Virus record (IMG/VR): IMGVR_UViG_3300017767_000008
Location: 1 to 63,413 of that record
Direction: 5' to 3' (one strand)
DNA length: 63,413 bases
From: a virus
Lineage: Duplodnaviria; Caudoviricetes
The notes under the pieces are model-generated. The model saw only the letters and a list, made by a program, of their open reading frames with translations. It was not told where the DNA came from and did not search any database. Positions within the stretch are counted from its first letter, which is position 1; every line of letters begins with the position of its first letter. This document shows positions 40,351 to 49,530 of the stretch, piece after piece. A program made the position numbers and the translations under genes.

Positions 40351-42847
40351 CAAAAGAACAGTATATCCTTCGAGTCAAAACCGAGGAACCAAAACCCGAA
40401 ATGAAATGAGAAGGCTATATCAAGAGCAGTATGGGGGAAGGTCAGCGGCATTTAGAGAAGCAGTGACTCCAATGTGGTTACAGAAACATACGCAAGCAGA
40501 AATAGATGCTGAAATTTTGAAAAGAGAAGCGCTTTGGATCCAGCAAGCAGCACCAGAACAAGTAAATGCACTTTCAAGAATGGTTGTAGGAAATCAAAAA
40601 CGTCTTTCTAAGCGAGTGTCAAAGCCAAGATTTGCAGGTCATCCAAGATACCGTCCGAGTGATGAAGACGTAAGATCCTCGAAACATAAGCGAAGGCCGA
40701 CGATTAGAAGAATCAAAGGTTCAAATTGGCGGCTCGCTGGAACTGCACACGCAGCAAACACATACGCGGAGCAACTAGCAATATCTCAAACTCTAGCGAA
40801 ATCAATCCGCCAAGTTGGGGCAAAAGCGAGAGTCATAAAATGGAAAGACCAAGTTGGAGTGTATTTCCAGCCTCGAAGCGACCCAATAGAAAAAATATGG
40901 GGCAATTCAAGCATAGGTCGCGATTTGAAAACAGATAAGCCAGCCTCTTACATCTGGGAACCTGCCGTTTATGGAAGATTCAAACCTCACATGATGTATA
41001 ACCCAAAAACAGGCGAAGGAGTCTTTGCTCAGAAAGAAGAAGATCACATAAGAATGTCAAAACAAGGATGGGTTCACAAGAGCGCTTCTAACACTGCTTA
41101 TCAAAGAGATATGAGCGTCGATTGTTCAGGTATGAACTGCCCTTATCCAGTACTTTATGCAAAAAACGCACTAGCAGAAATGGAACCAGGAGATACGCTC
41201 ACTTTAGTTGCTACAGACTGGGAGGCAGAATATGACGTGCCAATGTTAGCATCAAGATACGGGCATAACCTACAAAGCATCAACAAAAACGAAGCAACAG
41301 GAGAAATAACATTCACGATCACCAAAGGAGATAGGGCCTATGACCGAAAAATGCCTACGCCCGAAGAAGTGTTTTCACCCGGAGCAATTGATTTTCCAAA
41401 CGCTAGAAGGCCAATGAATGCTCAAAGAAAGTTGCTTGTTCTTCGAGAGCCTGGAGAAATGGCTCAATATCAGCAGTATGGAATGACAAATGGAATTTCT
41501 ATGGGCTGGGTCACAAGAGCTGAAGCGGCTCAACTTTTAGCAGAAAGGGGCATTTATCCTAGCAATTCGGAGTTCGATAGAGCATTCAAAGATGAATTGG
41601 CACAAAACCAAACAGTATCAGGACTAAAGCAAGCAGAACAAAGAGCAAAGGAAAGAGAACTTTGGGCCGACTCTCTGAAAGTTATGCGTGAGGCAAAAGG
41701 GAGTCCGGATGAAGCATTGATTCGAAGGGATGCATCATTAGATGATTATTCATGGAGCGTTTTAGACCTTGATGGTTTGGCCGATGGCACCAAGAAAGCC
41801 GGGTCGCAACTGTACTGTTTGTATGACAAAGTAAGTGCGATTGGGGTTGGTGGTGTTGGTCCACAATTAGAAGGAATGGATCTTTACAATGCATACAGAG
41901 AATTCCTAATTGAAGATGGATTTAGCGAGGATGAAATTGCAGATTTCTTGAGGGATACTGCAGAATTTGAACTCAAAGATTTATTTCATTGTTCTGATAC
42001 CGCCCAAGAATTAGATGAAAACGCAAGAAAAAGCATAGTTGATATGCAGAGAATCACCGGATATAGGGATGGAAAAGAACTCGGAGAATGGAATGAAATG
42101 AAGCCATTGAAAACAAAGTTATTCCTCAAAGACCCGCGAGAAATAGATTGGAGCAATGAGGGAACTGCTAAGGCTGCAAGAAAGATTCTTTGGAATGCGG
42201 AATTCGGCGGTTTTCGAGAGTTGTCAGATATGAAGGGTTCAACCGCGATAAGTCTTGCAGATGTGGCCTTAGAGCGAGCCTTAGACCAATATGAAAAGCA
42301 GAGAATCGGAGTCGGTACGACAAGCGGACGTAGCGATCAAGCGCCACGCCCCCAAGCTTCATCTGAAGAAGCGAGAAAAGCAAATCTCAAGTCAAAAATT
42401 GACGGAAGAAAATTCAGAAGCAGAACCGGATTGAACATAACGGAACGGTCTTTCGAAGATAACATCTTTGATGAAAAAAAATACAATAAAGTCAATTTAG
42501 ATTTCAAGGATAAAATTGTCAGAAAAGAATGGAATGAGCAACCAATCCCATCACAATACTTCGGCACTAACAGAATCGGCTGGAAAAATAGTCGAAGAGG
42601 AAAAGAGGAAATGGTGAGGTATCTTTGGTATCGCAATAAAAACAACTTGGGGCCAGCATCAACCAGTGAAATTTTGCAGCATCTCAATTCAAGATACAAC
42701 GGGAATTACACTGCGAATCAAATATCAAATTTCTTAGGAAAAGATGTGCGTTTCGAGAAAAAAGGATACCTGGAAACTAACGATAGAGGCTTCCGAGTTA
42801 GAGAAGAGTCTTGGGATTTGAACTACGATTTGAAGGTGAAACAATGA
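40343..42847 (+). CDS. Multidomain protein: tag, TusA/SirA sulfur-carrier domain and C-terminal DUF3860-like wHTH
   Basis: IRQVGAKARVIKWKDQVGVY; VDCSGMNCPYPVL...GDTLTLVATD; GPASTSEILQHLNSRY...LGKDVRFEK. Confidence 0.82.
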   Translation: MSNKRTVYPSSQNRGTKTRNEMRRLYQEQYGGRSAAFREAVTPMWLQKHTQAEIDAEILKREALWIQQAAPEQVNALSRMVVGNQKRLSKRVSKPRFAGHPRYRPSDEDVRSSKHKRRPTIRRIKGSNWRLAGTAHAANTYAEQLAISQTLAKSIRQVGAKARVIKWKDQVGVYFQPRSDPIEKIWGNSSIGRDLKTDKPASYIWEPAVYGRFKPHMMYNPKTGEGVFAQKEEDHIRMSKQGWVHKSASNTAYQRDMSVDCSGMNCPYPVLYAKNALAEMEPGDTLTLVATDWEAEYDVPMLASRYGHNLQSINKNEATGEITFTITKGDRAYDRKMPTPEEVFSPGAIDFPNARRPMNAQRKLLVLREPGEMAQYQQYGMTNGISMGWVTRAEAAQLLAERGIYPSNSEFDRAFKDELAQNQTVSGLKQAEQRAKERELWADSLKVMREAKGSPDEALIRRDASLDDYSWSVLDLDGLADGTKKAGSQLYCLYDKVSAIGVGGVGPQLEGMDLYNAYREFLIEDGFSEDEIADFLRDTAEFELKDLFHCSDTAQELDENARKSIVDMQRITGYRDGKELGEWNEMKPLKTKLFLKDPREIDWSNEGTAKAARKILWNAEFGGFRELSDMKGSTAISLADVALERALDQYEKQRIGVGTTSGRSDQAPRPQASSEEARKANLKSKIDGRKFRSRTGLNITERSFEDNIFDEKKYNKVNLDFKDKIVRKEWNEQPIPSQYFGTNRIGWKNSRRGKEEMVRYLWYRNKNNLGPASTSEILQHLNSRYNGNYTANQISNFLGKDVRFEKKGYLETNDRGFRVREESWDLNYDLKVKQ

Positions 42848-45021
42848 AGAGAAATTACGTCGGCTCATACGGTGCATTGAACACAAAGATGAGAAAAAGA
42901 AAGAGAAAATTTGATGGCAAACAGTATTCATTGATCGGTGTTTCTGCATGGAGCAATCGAGGCGGATTGGAAAAAAGCGACATAGGTTCGGATTCAAGGC
43001 TCCCTGCGCTCAGGTATCCAGCAGAACAAGTCGCAGAACTGCTTCGAAAGAAAGGGTGGAACGCCAGGGTTGTCAAATGGAAAAACCAATCTGGAGTATA
43101 TGTTCGAAACAAAAAGACACCGCCAGCAGGTGTGAAGATGTATTACAGGGATTCTGAAGGAGAACTTCAAAAAAACATAAATTGGGGTTTTCAGAATCAA
43201 AACATTGCACCATACATGAGTGAAATTTTTGAAGGAAAGCAACCACTAAATCACGGAAAGTCATTGACTCGCTACAATCCAGAAAGTGAGAGTATTGGCA
43301 CTAGAAGGATGAATTTAGCAGAGTGGCCGATTGTATTCAATTACAAAATAACGGACAACGGAACAAAGACCAGAGCATACTCATCCAACCCATTCGAAAG
43401 AGAACGCCCGCCAATGGTGGTTATCGGAGAAGATAGAATACCGATGAATCAATCAAACGATTATTCAAGCGCTTACGATCAGTTAGATACTGAACAAAGA
43501 AGAGGAATTGATTTGATGGTCAGTTCTCTTCTTGACCGGCCTGAAAGCGATTTAGGAACAACTGACGGAGGATTTTTGCTAGCAGACGGAACTGGATTCG
43601 GAAAGACAAGACAAATGCTTGCTGTAGCTAACCAATGGCAAATGAATAATGATGCAAAAGATAGGCCCGTTTTGATTGTCACCGAAAACAAAGAAACCAT
43701 AGAAGGGTCATTCGCTAACGACGCAGAAGCACTTAATATTGATTTGAAAGATTTCGACATAACAACTTATTCGGAAATAGGCAGCACATCTAAAAAAGCA
43801 AAGGAATTTCTCAATAAAAAGTATGGTTTAGTCATCTATGATGAAGCGCACAACATGAAAAATAGAACAGGTCCGCAAGCAGAAAAAGCATTGGCAATCG
43901 AAGCAAAAAAAGCAATATTCGCAACGGCAACGCCACTTGATACTGCACCTGCTGGGGCGTATTTCCTTAGCAGAGTGTCAGGCATAGATCAACAGGAAAT
44001 TTACGACTCATTAGGGCTTTATGAAGAACAAGGTGCATTCGGAGAATCATATTGGGCTTCAACGTTGTCTTCGAAAGAAATCAACAAACGTCTTTCGGAA
44101 TACAGAAGGCAATTGATTTCTAACGGTTTGATGATGCGGAGAATACACCCATTTTTCGGTTCAATAATTTCTTCGAACGTCGAAATGACTGACGGAATAA
44201 AAAACGAAGAAAAACAGATTAACGAATATTGGAGTCGGCAACCAGGGCTAGCGTCTGCAGGTCAAAGAATACTTGAAATGCAACGTTGGGAGGAAGCGCA
44301 TAAGGTTCCAGCGATCTATGATAACTTAAGACAATCATTAGAAGATGGAAAACAAGTTGTTGTTGCTGTAGCTACAAGTGGCGACCAATCATTCAAAGGA
44401 TTGACGAGAGGCACCACGCTAAAAGAAGTCAAACGGAGAATCAAGAAACTAAACAAGACTTCGGGGAAAAACAGCGGGCTGATACCTATTGTTAAAGAAA
44501 AAGATGGTAAAAAGACTTGGTATGTTGGGCGAAAAGGTGCAGCGACACTACTTAAAGAACGCCTTGCTGAAGACGGAATAAATTTCTCTGAATTGACTCA
44601 ATACCAGAAAGGGATCAGTGAAGTCGATAAGTTCCAAAGCGGAGAAAACAAAGTTATGATTATGACTCCGCAAAGCGGAGGAACAGGCATAAATCTCGAT
44701 GACCGAACGGGTGAAAGGCCACGGCATCTTATCATTGGAACAAAGGGTTTTGCAGGTGATAAACTCGAACAATTGCTTGGGAGAGTTAGCCGTAAAACAA
44801 CAAAAACGCCCTCTTTAGGTGAATTTGTAGGACTCAAAGACGGCATTGCAGAGGTTAGACAAACGGCAGTACTGAAGGACAAATTATCTGCTTTGAAATC
44901 TATGACTGGATCGGACATTTACGGGTACGAGGTATTTGATGAAGAATGGAAGCCAACAATCGAGAGTCGAAAAGCAAACCAAAGCCTATCTTCAGAAACA
45001 ATGGTCGCTGCGGTTGCATGA
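42844..45021 (+). CDS. Strawberry-notch-type SF2 helicase with an N-terminal tag
   Basis: GFLLADGTGFGKTRQ, IYDEAHNMKN, ATATP, GGTGINLDD, EQLLGRVSR. Start moved to ATG 42844. Confidence 0.88.
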   Translation: MKRNYVGSYGALNTKMRKRKRKFDGKQYSLIGVSAWSNRGGLEKSDIGSDSRLPALRYPAEQVAELLRKKGWNARVVKWKNQSGVYVRNKKTPPAGVKMYYRDSEGELQKNINWGFQNQNIAPYMSEIFEGKQPLNHGKSLTRYNPESESIGTRRMNLAEWPIVFNYKITDNGTKTRAYSSNPFERERPPMVVIGEDRIPMNQSNDYSSAYDQLDTEQRRGIDLMVSSLLDRPESDLGTTDGGFLLADGTGFGKTRQMLAVANQWQMNNDAKDRPVLIVTENKETIEGSFANDAEALNIDLKDFDITTYSEIGSTSKKAKEFLNKKYGLVIYDEAHNMKNRTGPQAEKALAIEAKKAIFATATPLDTAPAGAYFLSRVSGIDQQEIYDSLGLYEEQGAFGESYWASTLSSKEINKRLSEYRRQLISNGLMMRRIHPFFGSIISSNVEMTDGIKNEEKQINEYWSRQPGLASAGQRILEMQRWEEAHKVPAIYDNLRQSLEDGKQVVVAVATSGDQSFKGLTRGTTLKEVKRRIKKLNKTSGKNSGLIPIVKEKDGKKTWYVGRKGAATLLKERLAEDGINFSELTQYQKGISEVDKFQSGENKVMIMTPQSGGTGINLDDRTGERPRHLIIGTKGFAGDKLEQLLGRVSRKTTKTPSLGEFVGLKDGIAEVRQTAVLKDKLSALKSMTGSDIYGYEVFDEEWKPTIESRKANQSLSSETMVAAVA

Positions 45022-45101
45022 GCAATAACTCCGTTGAAAACGTGCATTTATCCAAGATTGTTAGGCACTTTTCATAAGAGAAGCGAATGCAACCCTCATT
45101 G

Positions 45102-46316
45102 ATGGCGAAGCGTAAATCGAAAACACGGTCCTCGCGCTCGACAATAAAAGTTCAGAGTGAAAGGATGCGTAGGCTAAACGCTGAACAACAAATTGACGTT
45201 CTAGCAACCAGGAGAAACGTCACGATGGATGACGCTTGGGAGATATACCGGAGAAATGGATATACTGATGGTCAAATTCGGGAAATGATGCTAGGCAGAA
45301 TGAAAAGACGAACACGAAAAATCGACGGAAAACAATTCACTGAAGTATCTCCGCCTCAATCTAACAAGCAAGCAGCAGAAGCGCTCGCACAAATGATCCG
45401 TGACCGAAGCGGGGCAAATGCAAGACTAGTCGAAACAAAGAAAGGTTGGTCGGTATTTTCTTCTCAATCAGCAAGACAACGCTCCTACAGGGCTTCTTTA
45501 TCGGATAGAATTGCAGCAGATGAAATGTCAAGCCGATCCAAAGCGACTCCAAAAAAAGATAATCGCAATTGGCTTCAACGTTTGACGACTCGAAGGCGAA
45601 AAACCGGAATGCAATCAAGAAAACAAGAACTCGATGCAATAGAATTAGACGATTTCAAGAAATACAGGGAGAAACTTCTTCGAGAAGGTAAATCAGAAGG
45701 AGATGCCTACAATTCAGCGAAGAAAGCAGCAGAACTTAAACGAGAAGAAGCAGAAAAAATGGATGGCAATTCTGCGGCAGCAATAGAACTGAAAAAACAA
45801 CTTAGGATTGCTAAAGAAAGAGAAGACATTGCCAACTATCGGGCAGCGAGGGAGAGTTATAACGAAGGCATTCCACTATCGACCGTTGCTAAATACAACA
45901 GTTTGGAGATCGCAACGACTGGAACCGGTCTAGCTGTAGGTGCTGGAATTGCTGCAACTTCAATAGCAACTGCTGGCATAATTCCAATCGCAGCCGTGAT
46001 TGGATTCTTTGGAGCCAAGGCAATTAGAAACAATCCATTAGGGATTGATCTAAAACGTGGAGTCAATCGGACTCTGGATGCAGTCGATAATGGAGCAACA
46101 GGAATTGTTGAATCAGTGAGAGTTTCGAAGGATAATGGTCAGCCCAATATCTTGACTCTTGGACTTCTAAGGGAGCCTAACAGACAAAAACCGAAAAAAC
46201 CCAAATCACTAAAACAAATTGAGCGAGAAAACAATCGCAATTTGAAGAAAGAAGCAAGAAAACGCGCAAAAGAAATCAGGTTGGAGGCTCGAAAAACAAA
46301 AGAGAGTAGCGATTGA
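45102..46316 (+). CDS. Basic tag-module protein with a Gly/Ala-rich hydrophobic hairpin
   Basis: RKIDGKQF...IRDRSGANARLVETKKGWSVF; GTGLAVGAGIAATSIATAGIIPIAAVIGFFG. Start ATG 45102 inferred from promoter spacing. Confidence 0.8.
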   Translation: MAKRKSKTRSSRSTIKVQSERMRRLNAEQQIDVLATRRNVTMDDAWEIYRRNGYTDGQIREMMLGRMKRRTRKIDGKQFTEVSPPQSNKQAAEALAQMIRDRSGANARLVETKKGWSVFSSQSARQRSYRASLSDRIAADEMSSRSKATPKKDNRNWLQRLTTRRRKTGMQSRKQELDAIELDDFKKYREKLLREGKSEGDAYNSAKKAAELKREEAEKMDGNSAAAIELKKQLRIAKEREDIANYRAARESYNEGIPLSTVAKYNSLEIATTGTGLAVGAGIAATSIATAGIIPIAAVIGFFGAKAIRNNPLGIDLKRGVNRTLDAVDNGATGIVESVRVSKDNGQPNILTLGLLREPNRQKPKKPKSLKQIERENNRNLKKEARKRAKEIRLEARKTKESSD

Positions 46317-46392
46317 CCAAAATCGCAATATATCGCTCTTTTACAAAAAAACATACCCCTCAAAGTAGGGGTTATTCGGAGAGGGTTTTCAA

Positions 46393-48429
46393 ATGGTATT
46401 TCGAAGAGAAGAAAATGACCCCGAGGCTGACGATGCTGCAAGGCGAGGAATAGAAGCAGCCGAAAGAGTCCAAGATGCACAAGACGTTCCGGTTGATTGG
46501 CAGGTCGGAGGATTAGCCGAACAAATGATTGAAGACGTTGTAGCAACACAATATGAATTTACAACAGATGATATTTGGGCGGTTCTTGAACCAGAAATCG
46601 CAGCCGGGAGATTACAAGAGCCAAACGAAAGAAGGATTCTTGGAGCATTTATCCGAAGGTTAGAATCAAACGGGATTATCGAGAAAACCGAATTTGACAA
46701 AAGAAGCACCAGGAGAAACGCAGCCCCGATTAGGGTTTGGAGAGCTTCAACCAACCATGTTTTTTCAAAATGGCGTGAATGGGGGGCTATGAGAGGCATT
46801 GATCCAAGAGTGCAAGATGCAAAGGATGGCTTAGATGCTTCAATACAAGCAAATCAAGAAAGAATTATTCGAGCGCAAGAAGATATTGAAATGCTAGAAA
46901 AGATGCTCGAAAGAGATCGCAACAATTCCGAATCCTTATCGGAAAGGGGTTATGACCGTAAATTACCGGGCAGTAAAGCAGAATGGGATCAATTGATGAT
47001 AAACGCAGACATGGCTCAAAAGCGATTAGAAAAAGAATGGATTGAGTCAACGGCCATCAAGAGTATGAGCCCCTGGGGAGTTAAACCTGCATCTGCAGAA
47101 CAAGTTTTGACTGCAATGATGCCTTACATCGAATTGGACGTTTATGACAAAGATACTGAAGAAAAAATTGGTGAAATACGTTTGGCTTCTAAATCAGAAG
47201 ACGACAGCATAGGACTTTCTGCTCAAAATGGAATCATTGGATACCAAGAAGTCGGTATAAAGGGCGAGGATCCAGAGCGCATAAGAACGGTTGTGAAGAA
47301 CTGGTTTAACGACGAAAATAACGTTTTTGTAGGTGGTCGAAATGGATTCACTGGAAATTTCGAGGGAGTTTATGACCTTGAATTCTATCCGCGCTCGATT
47401 GTTGATAACATGAGGGAAAACGAGAAAATGGATGTTCGAGCAATTGATAACATTATAGAAGGCCCAGGATGGAACGATCCTTTCAATGATTATTTCGGCC
47501 ACGACGGAATGAACATATTGGATGGAGATTTAACGTTTGAAGAGGCGCTAAGTTCGAACAAATATGAAAGTCAAAGGTTTGAAAAATACATTCAAGAATT
47601 CCCTGGAGGATTCATTAACACCCCCGCAAAATGGCTAGCATACAATGATGCAGCACGCGAGGCAATTTGGAAATTAGAGCGAGATGCAAGAAAGGGAGTT
47701 CCAGCAGCGATAAATGCTCTGCATCGAATCGAAGGCCAAATGATTGACAACATGACGGATTTCAACATTAGGGTCGAAGAAGGAGATTGGGTGTGGCCTG
47801 ATAATGTGATGGAGAATTGGGATTTATTAGAAAGCCTCACAGATTTTGTAGCCCATAATCGCCCTCGACAAGAAGCCGTGATCCAAGCGGGAGAATGGGG
47901 AGATTTCAGTGAGAAAAAATACTCCGCAAAAGGCAACAAGCGAATCAATATTGGAGATTGGGGCAAAGAAAAGAATTACGTTCCAGCTATGAACGTGAAA
48001 ATCGGTGAAATCGGAAAGAGAAAAACCTACGTTCGACCAACCACATTCAGGCATAGGACATATAGCAATGGGCGTGATGACCATGTGCTGTATGTAGCCG
48101 ATGTTCGAAACACCCAAAGAACACAAGAACAGGCTCAAAGACAAGCGCAAACGGCAAGAAAAAATTATGGCTACAAAGTACGAACAGTCAAAACCGCTGA
48201 AGGGTGGTTAAATTACTTCAGACAACCATACCCAAGTTACGAGCGTGGATTCAAGCTGAAGCCGGGAATTAAGGGTGGTGTCTATATGTCGGATGGGAGC
48301 CAATTGATTGACTTGAGCAGAATGCCTTATCAAAGAAGATTTGGACTTTTTCACCTTAATCCAAAAGGAGTTCGGAATCCTCAAGGCTCGATATTGTATG
48401 ATCGCAAAAAGGCTAAATCCAGACGTTAA
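46393..48429 (+). CDS. N-terminal wHTH-like domain, coiled coil and C-terminal tag
   Basis: FTTDDIW...LGAFIRRLESNGII...IRVW; AQRQAQTARKNYGYKVRTVKTAEGWLNY. Confidence 0.8.
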   Translation: MVFRREENDPEADDAARRGIEAAERVQDAQDVPVDWQVGGLAEQMIEDVVATQYEFTTDDIWAVLEPEIAAGRLQEPNERRILGAFIRRLESNGIIEKTEFDKRSTRRNAAPIRVWRASTNHVFSKWREWGAMRGIDPRVQDAKDGLDASIQANQERIIRAQEDIEMLEKMLERDRNNSESLSERGYDRKLPGSKAEWDQLMINADMAQKRLEKEWIESTAIKSMSPWGVKPASAEQVLTAMMPYIELDVYDKDTEEKIGEIRLASKSEDDSIGLSAQNGIIGYQEVGIKGEDPERIRTVVKNWFNDENNVFVGGRNGFTGNFEGVYDLEFYPRSIVDNMRENEKMDVRAIDNIIEGPGWNDPFNDYFGHDGMNILDGDLTFEEALSSNKYESQRFEKYIQEFPGGFINTPAKWLAYNDAAREAIWKLERDARKGVPAAINALHRIEGQMIDNMTDFNIRVEEGDWVWPDNVMENWDLLESLTDFVAHNRPRQEAVIQAGEWGDFSEKKYSAKGNKRINIGDWGKEKNYVPAMNVKIGEIGKRKTYVRPTTFRHRTYSNGRDDHVLYVADVRNTQRTQEQAQRQAQTARKNYGYKVRTVKTAEGWLNYFRQPYPSYERGFKLKPGIKGGVYMSDGSQLIDLSRMPYQRRFGLFHLNPKGVRNPQGSILYDRKKAKSRR

Positions 48430-48506
48430 AAATGCGACCATAAAGTGTGAATATGAGCCAATAATGACGGCAACCCATAAAGCACCGATTCAACCCAACT
48501 CGAAGC

Positions 48507-48875
48507 ATGGCGAATGGGTTCTTGGGTGATATTGAACGAGAGCGAAGAATTGTTGCTTGGCTTTATGTCGGTGGATTCTTGCTAATTCTTGCCGGATTAG
48601 ATGCATTTAATGTGTTTGAATGTCGAACAAGCGATATTGCAGACGGCATTACTCAATGTGCTGAATCATCAGATGATACGATTTTTGCATGGATTTTCCT
48701 AATTGGTGCAATTTGTTTAATCGCAGGTCAAACCCTGGTTATGTTCAGCGTGCTTAGAACAACAGGGGAGAATGGAGAGTGGCTATGGTTCGCCTTCAGT
48801 TTGACCGGCGGTGCTGCACCATTGTACTATTTATTGGACTGGATCGGTTCTCCATTGGTTAAAGGTGTTGAATAA
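48507..48875 (+). CDS. Three-TM membrane protein
   Basis: Hydrophobic segments with a Cys pair in loop 1. Confidence 0.75.
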   Translation: MANGFLGDIERERRIVAWLYVGGFLLILAGLDAFNVFECRTSDIADGITQCAESSDDTIFAWIFLIGAICLIAGQTLVMFSVLRTTGENGEWLWFAFSLTGGAAPLYYLLDWIGSPLVKGVE

Positions 48876-49526
48876 ATGGTCGATGACTCAGAATTTGAAA
48901 CCCGCGAGGGCGTTATCGTCGGACTGATTGCTTTAGGGGCAATCGGTTTTCTAATTCTGACGTTTTTCCTAGCATCCTTTGGTTCAGAAATCGACTTTTC
49001 TTTTGGCAATTGGACTTTCATTGAATGGTCAACTCTAGGAATATGGCTACTTATTGCAGTATCAATAATTCTAGCGATTTATTGGGGTTCGGATGATGAA
49101 GGAACCGATGACGTATTCGAAGGTGGATATGGATTCCCAGTCACAATAGGGGTATTGCTTCTTGGGCTTTTGCTAGTCAACACGTCATTTTTCGGTTTGG
49201 CTATTCCTCAAGACGATCTTATTGACTTGGATGGTGACGGGGCTGGCGACATTAAGTATTCTGAATTGCCCGATAATTACGTTGATTATGGCGAACCACA
49301 GCCTTACGGGTTTGGAAATTATGGCCCTGAAGATGAAGGTTTGCTAACAGACTGGGAGGGTGCCGTAGTAGGTTGCGGTGTCTCCGGTGCTGCAACTGCT
49401 GGCGTGTTTGTCTGGTTAGGTTTTGCTGCTGTAGTACCTGCTGCCATAGGTTGCGTAGTCGGTGGAGCCGCTGGTTTCGCTACAAGCTCTGCTGACTTTG
49501 ACGGCAACCCTACAACTGGATGGTGA
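48876..49526 (+). CDS. Acidic membrane protein with a glycine-zipper hairpin
   Basis: Three TMs, DLDGDG motif, GAVVGCGVSGAATAG...GCVVGGAAG. Confidence 0.75.
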   Translation: MVDDSEFETREGVIVGLIALGAIGFLILTFFLASFGSEIDFSFGNWTFIEWSTLGIWLLIAVSIILAIYWGSDDEGTDDVFEGGYGFPVTIGVLLLGLLLVNTSFFGLAIPQDDLIDLDGDGAGDIKYSELPDNYVDYGEPQPYGFGNYGPEDEGLLTDWEGAVVGCGVSGAATAGVFVWLGFAAVVPAAIGCVVGGAAGFATSSADFDGNPTTGW

Positions 49527-49530
49527 TTAA

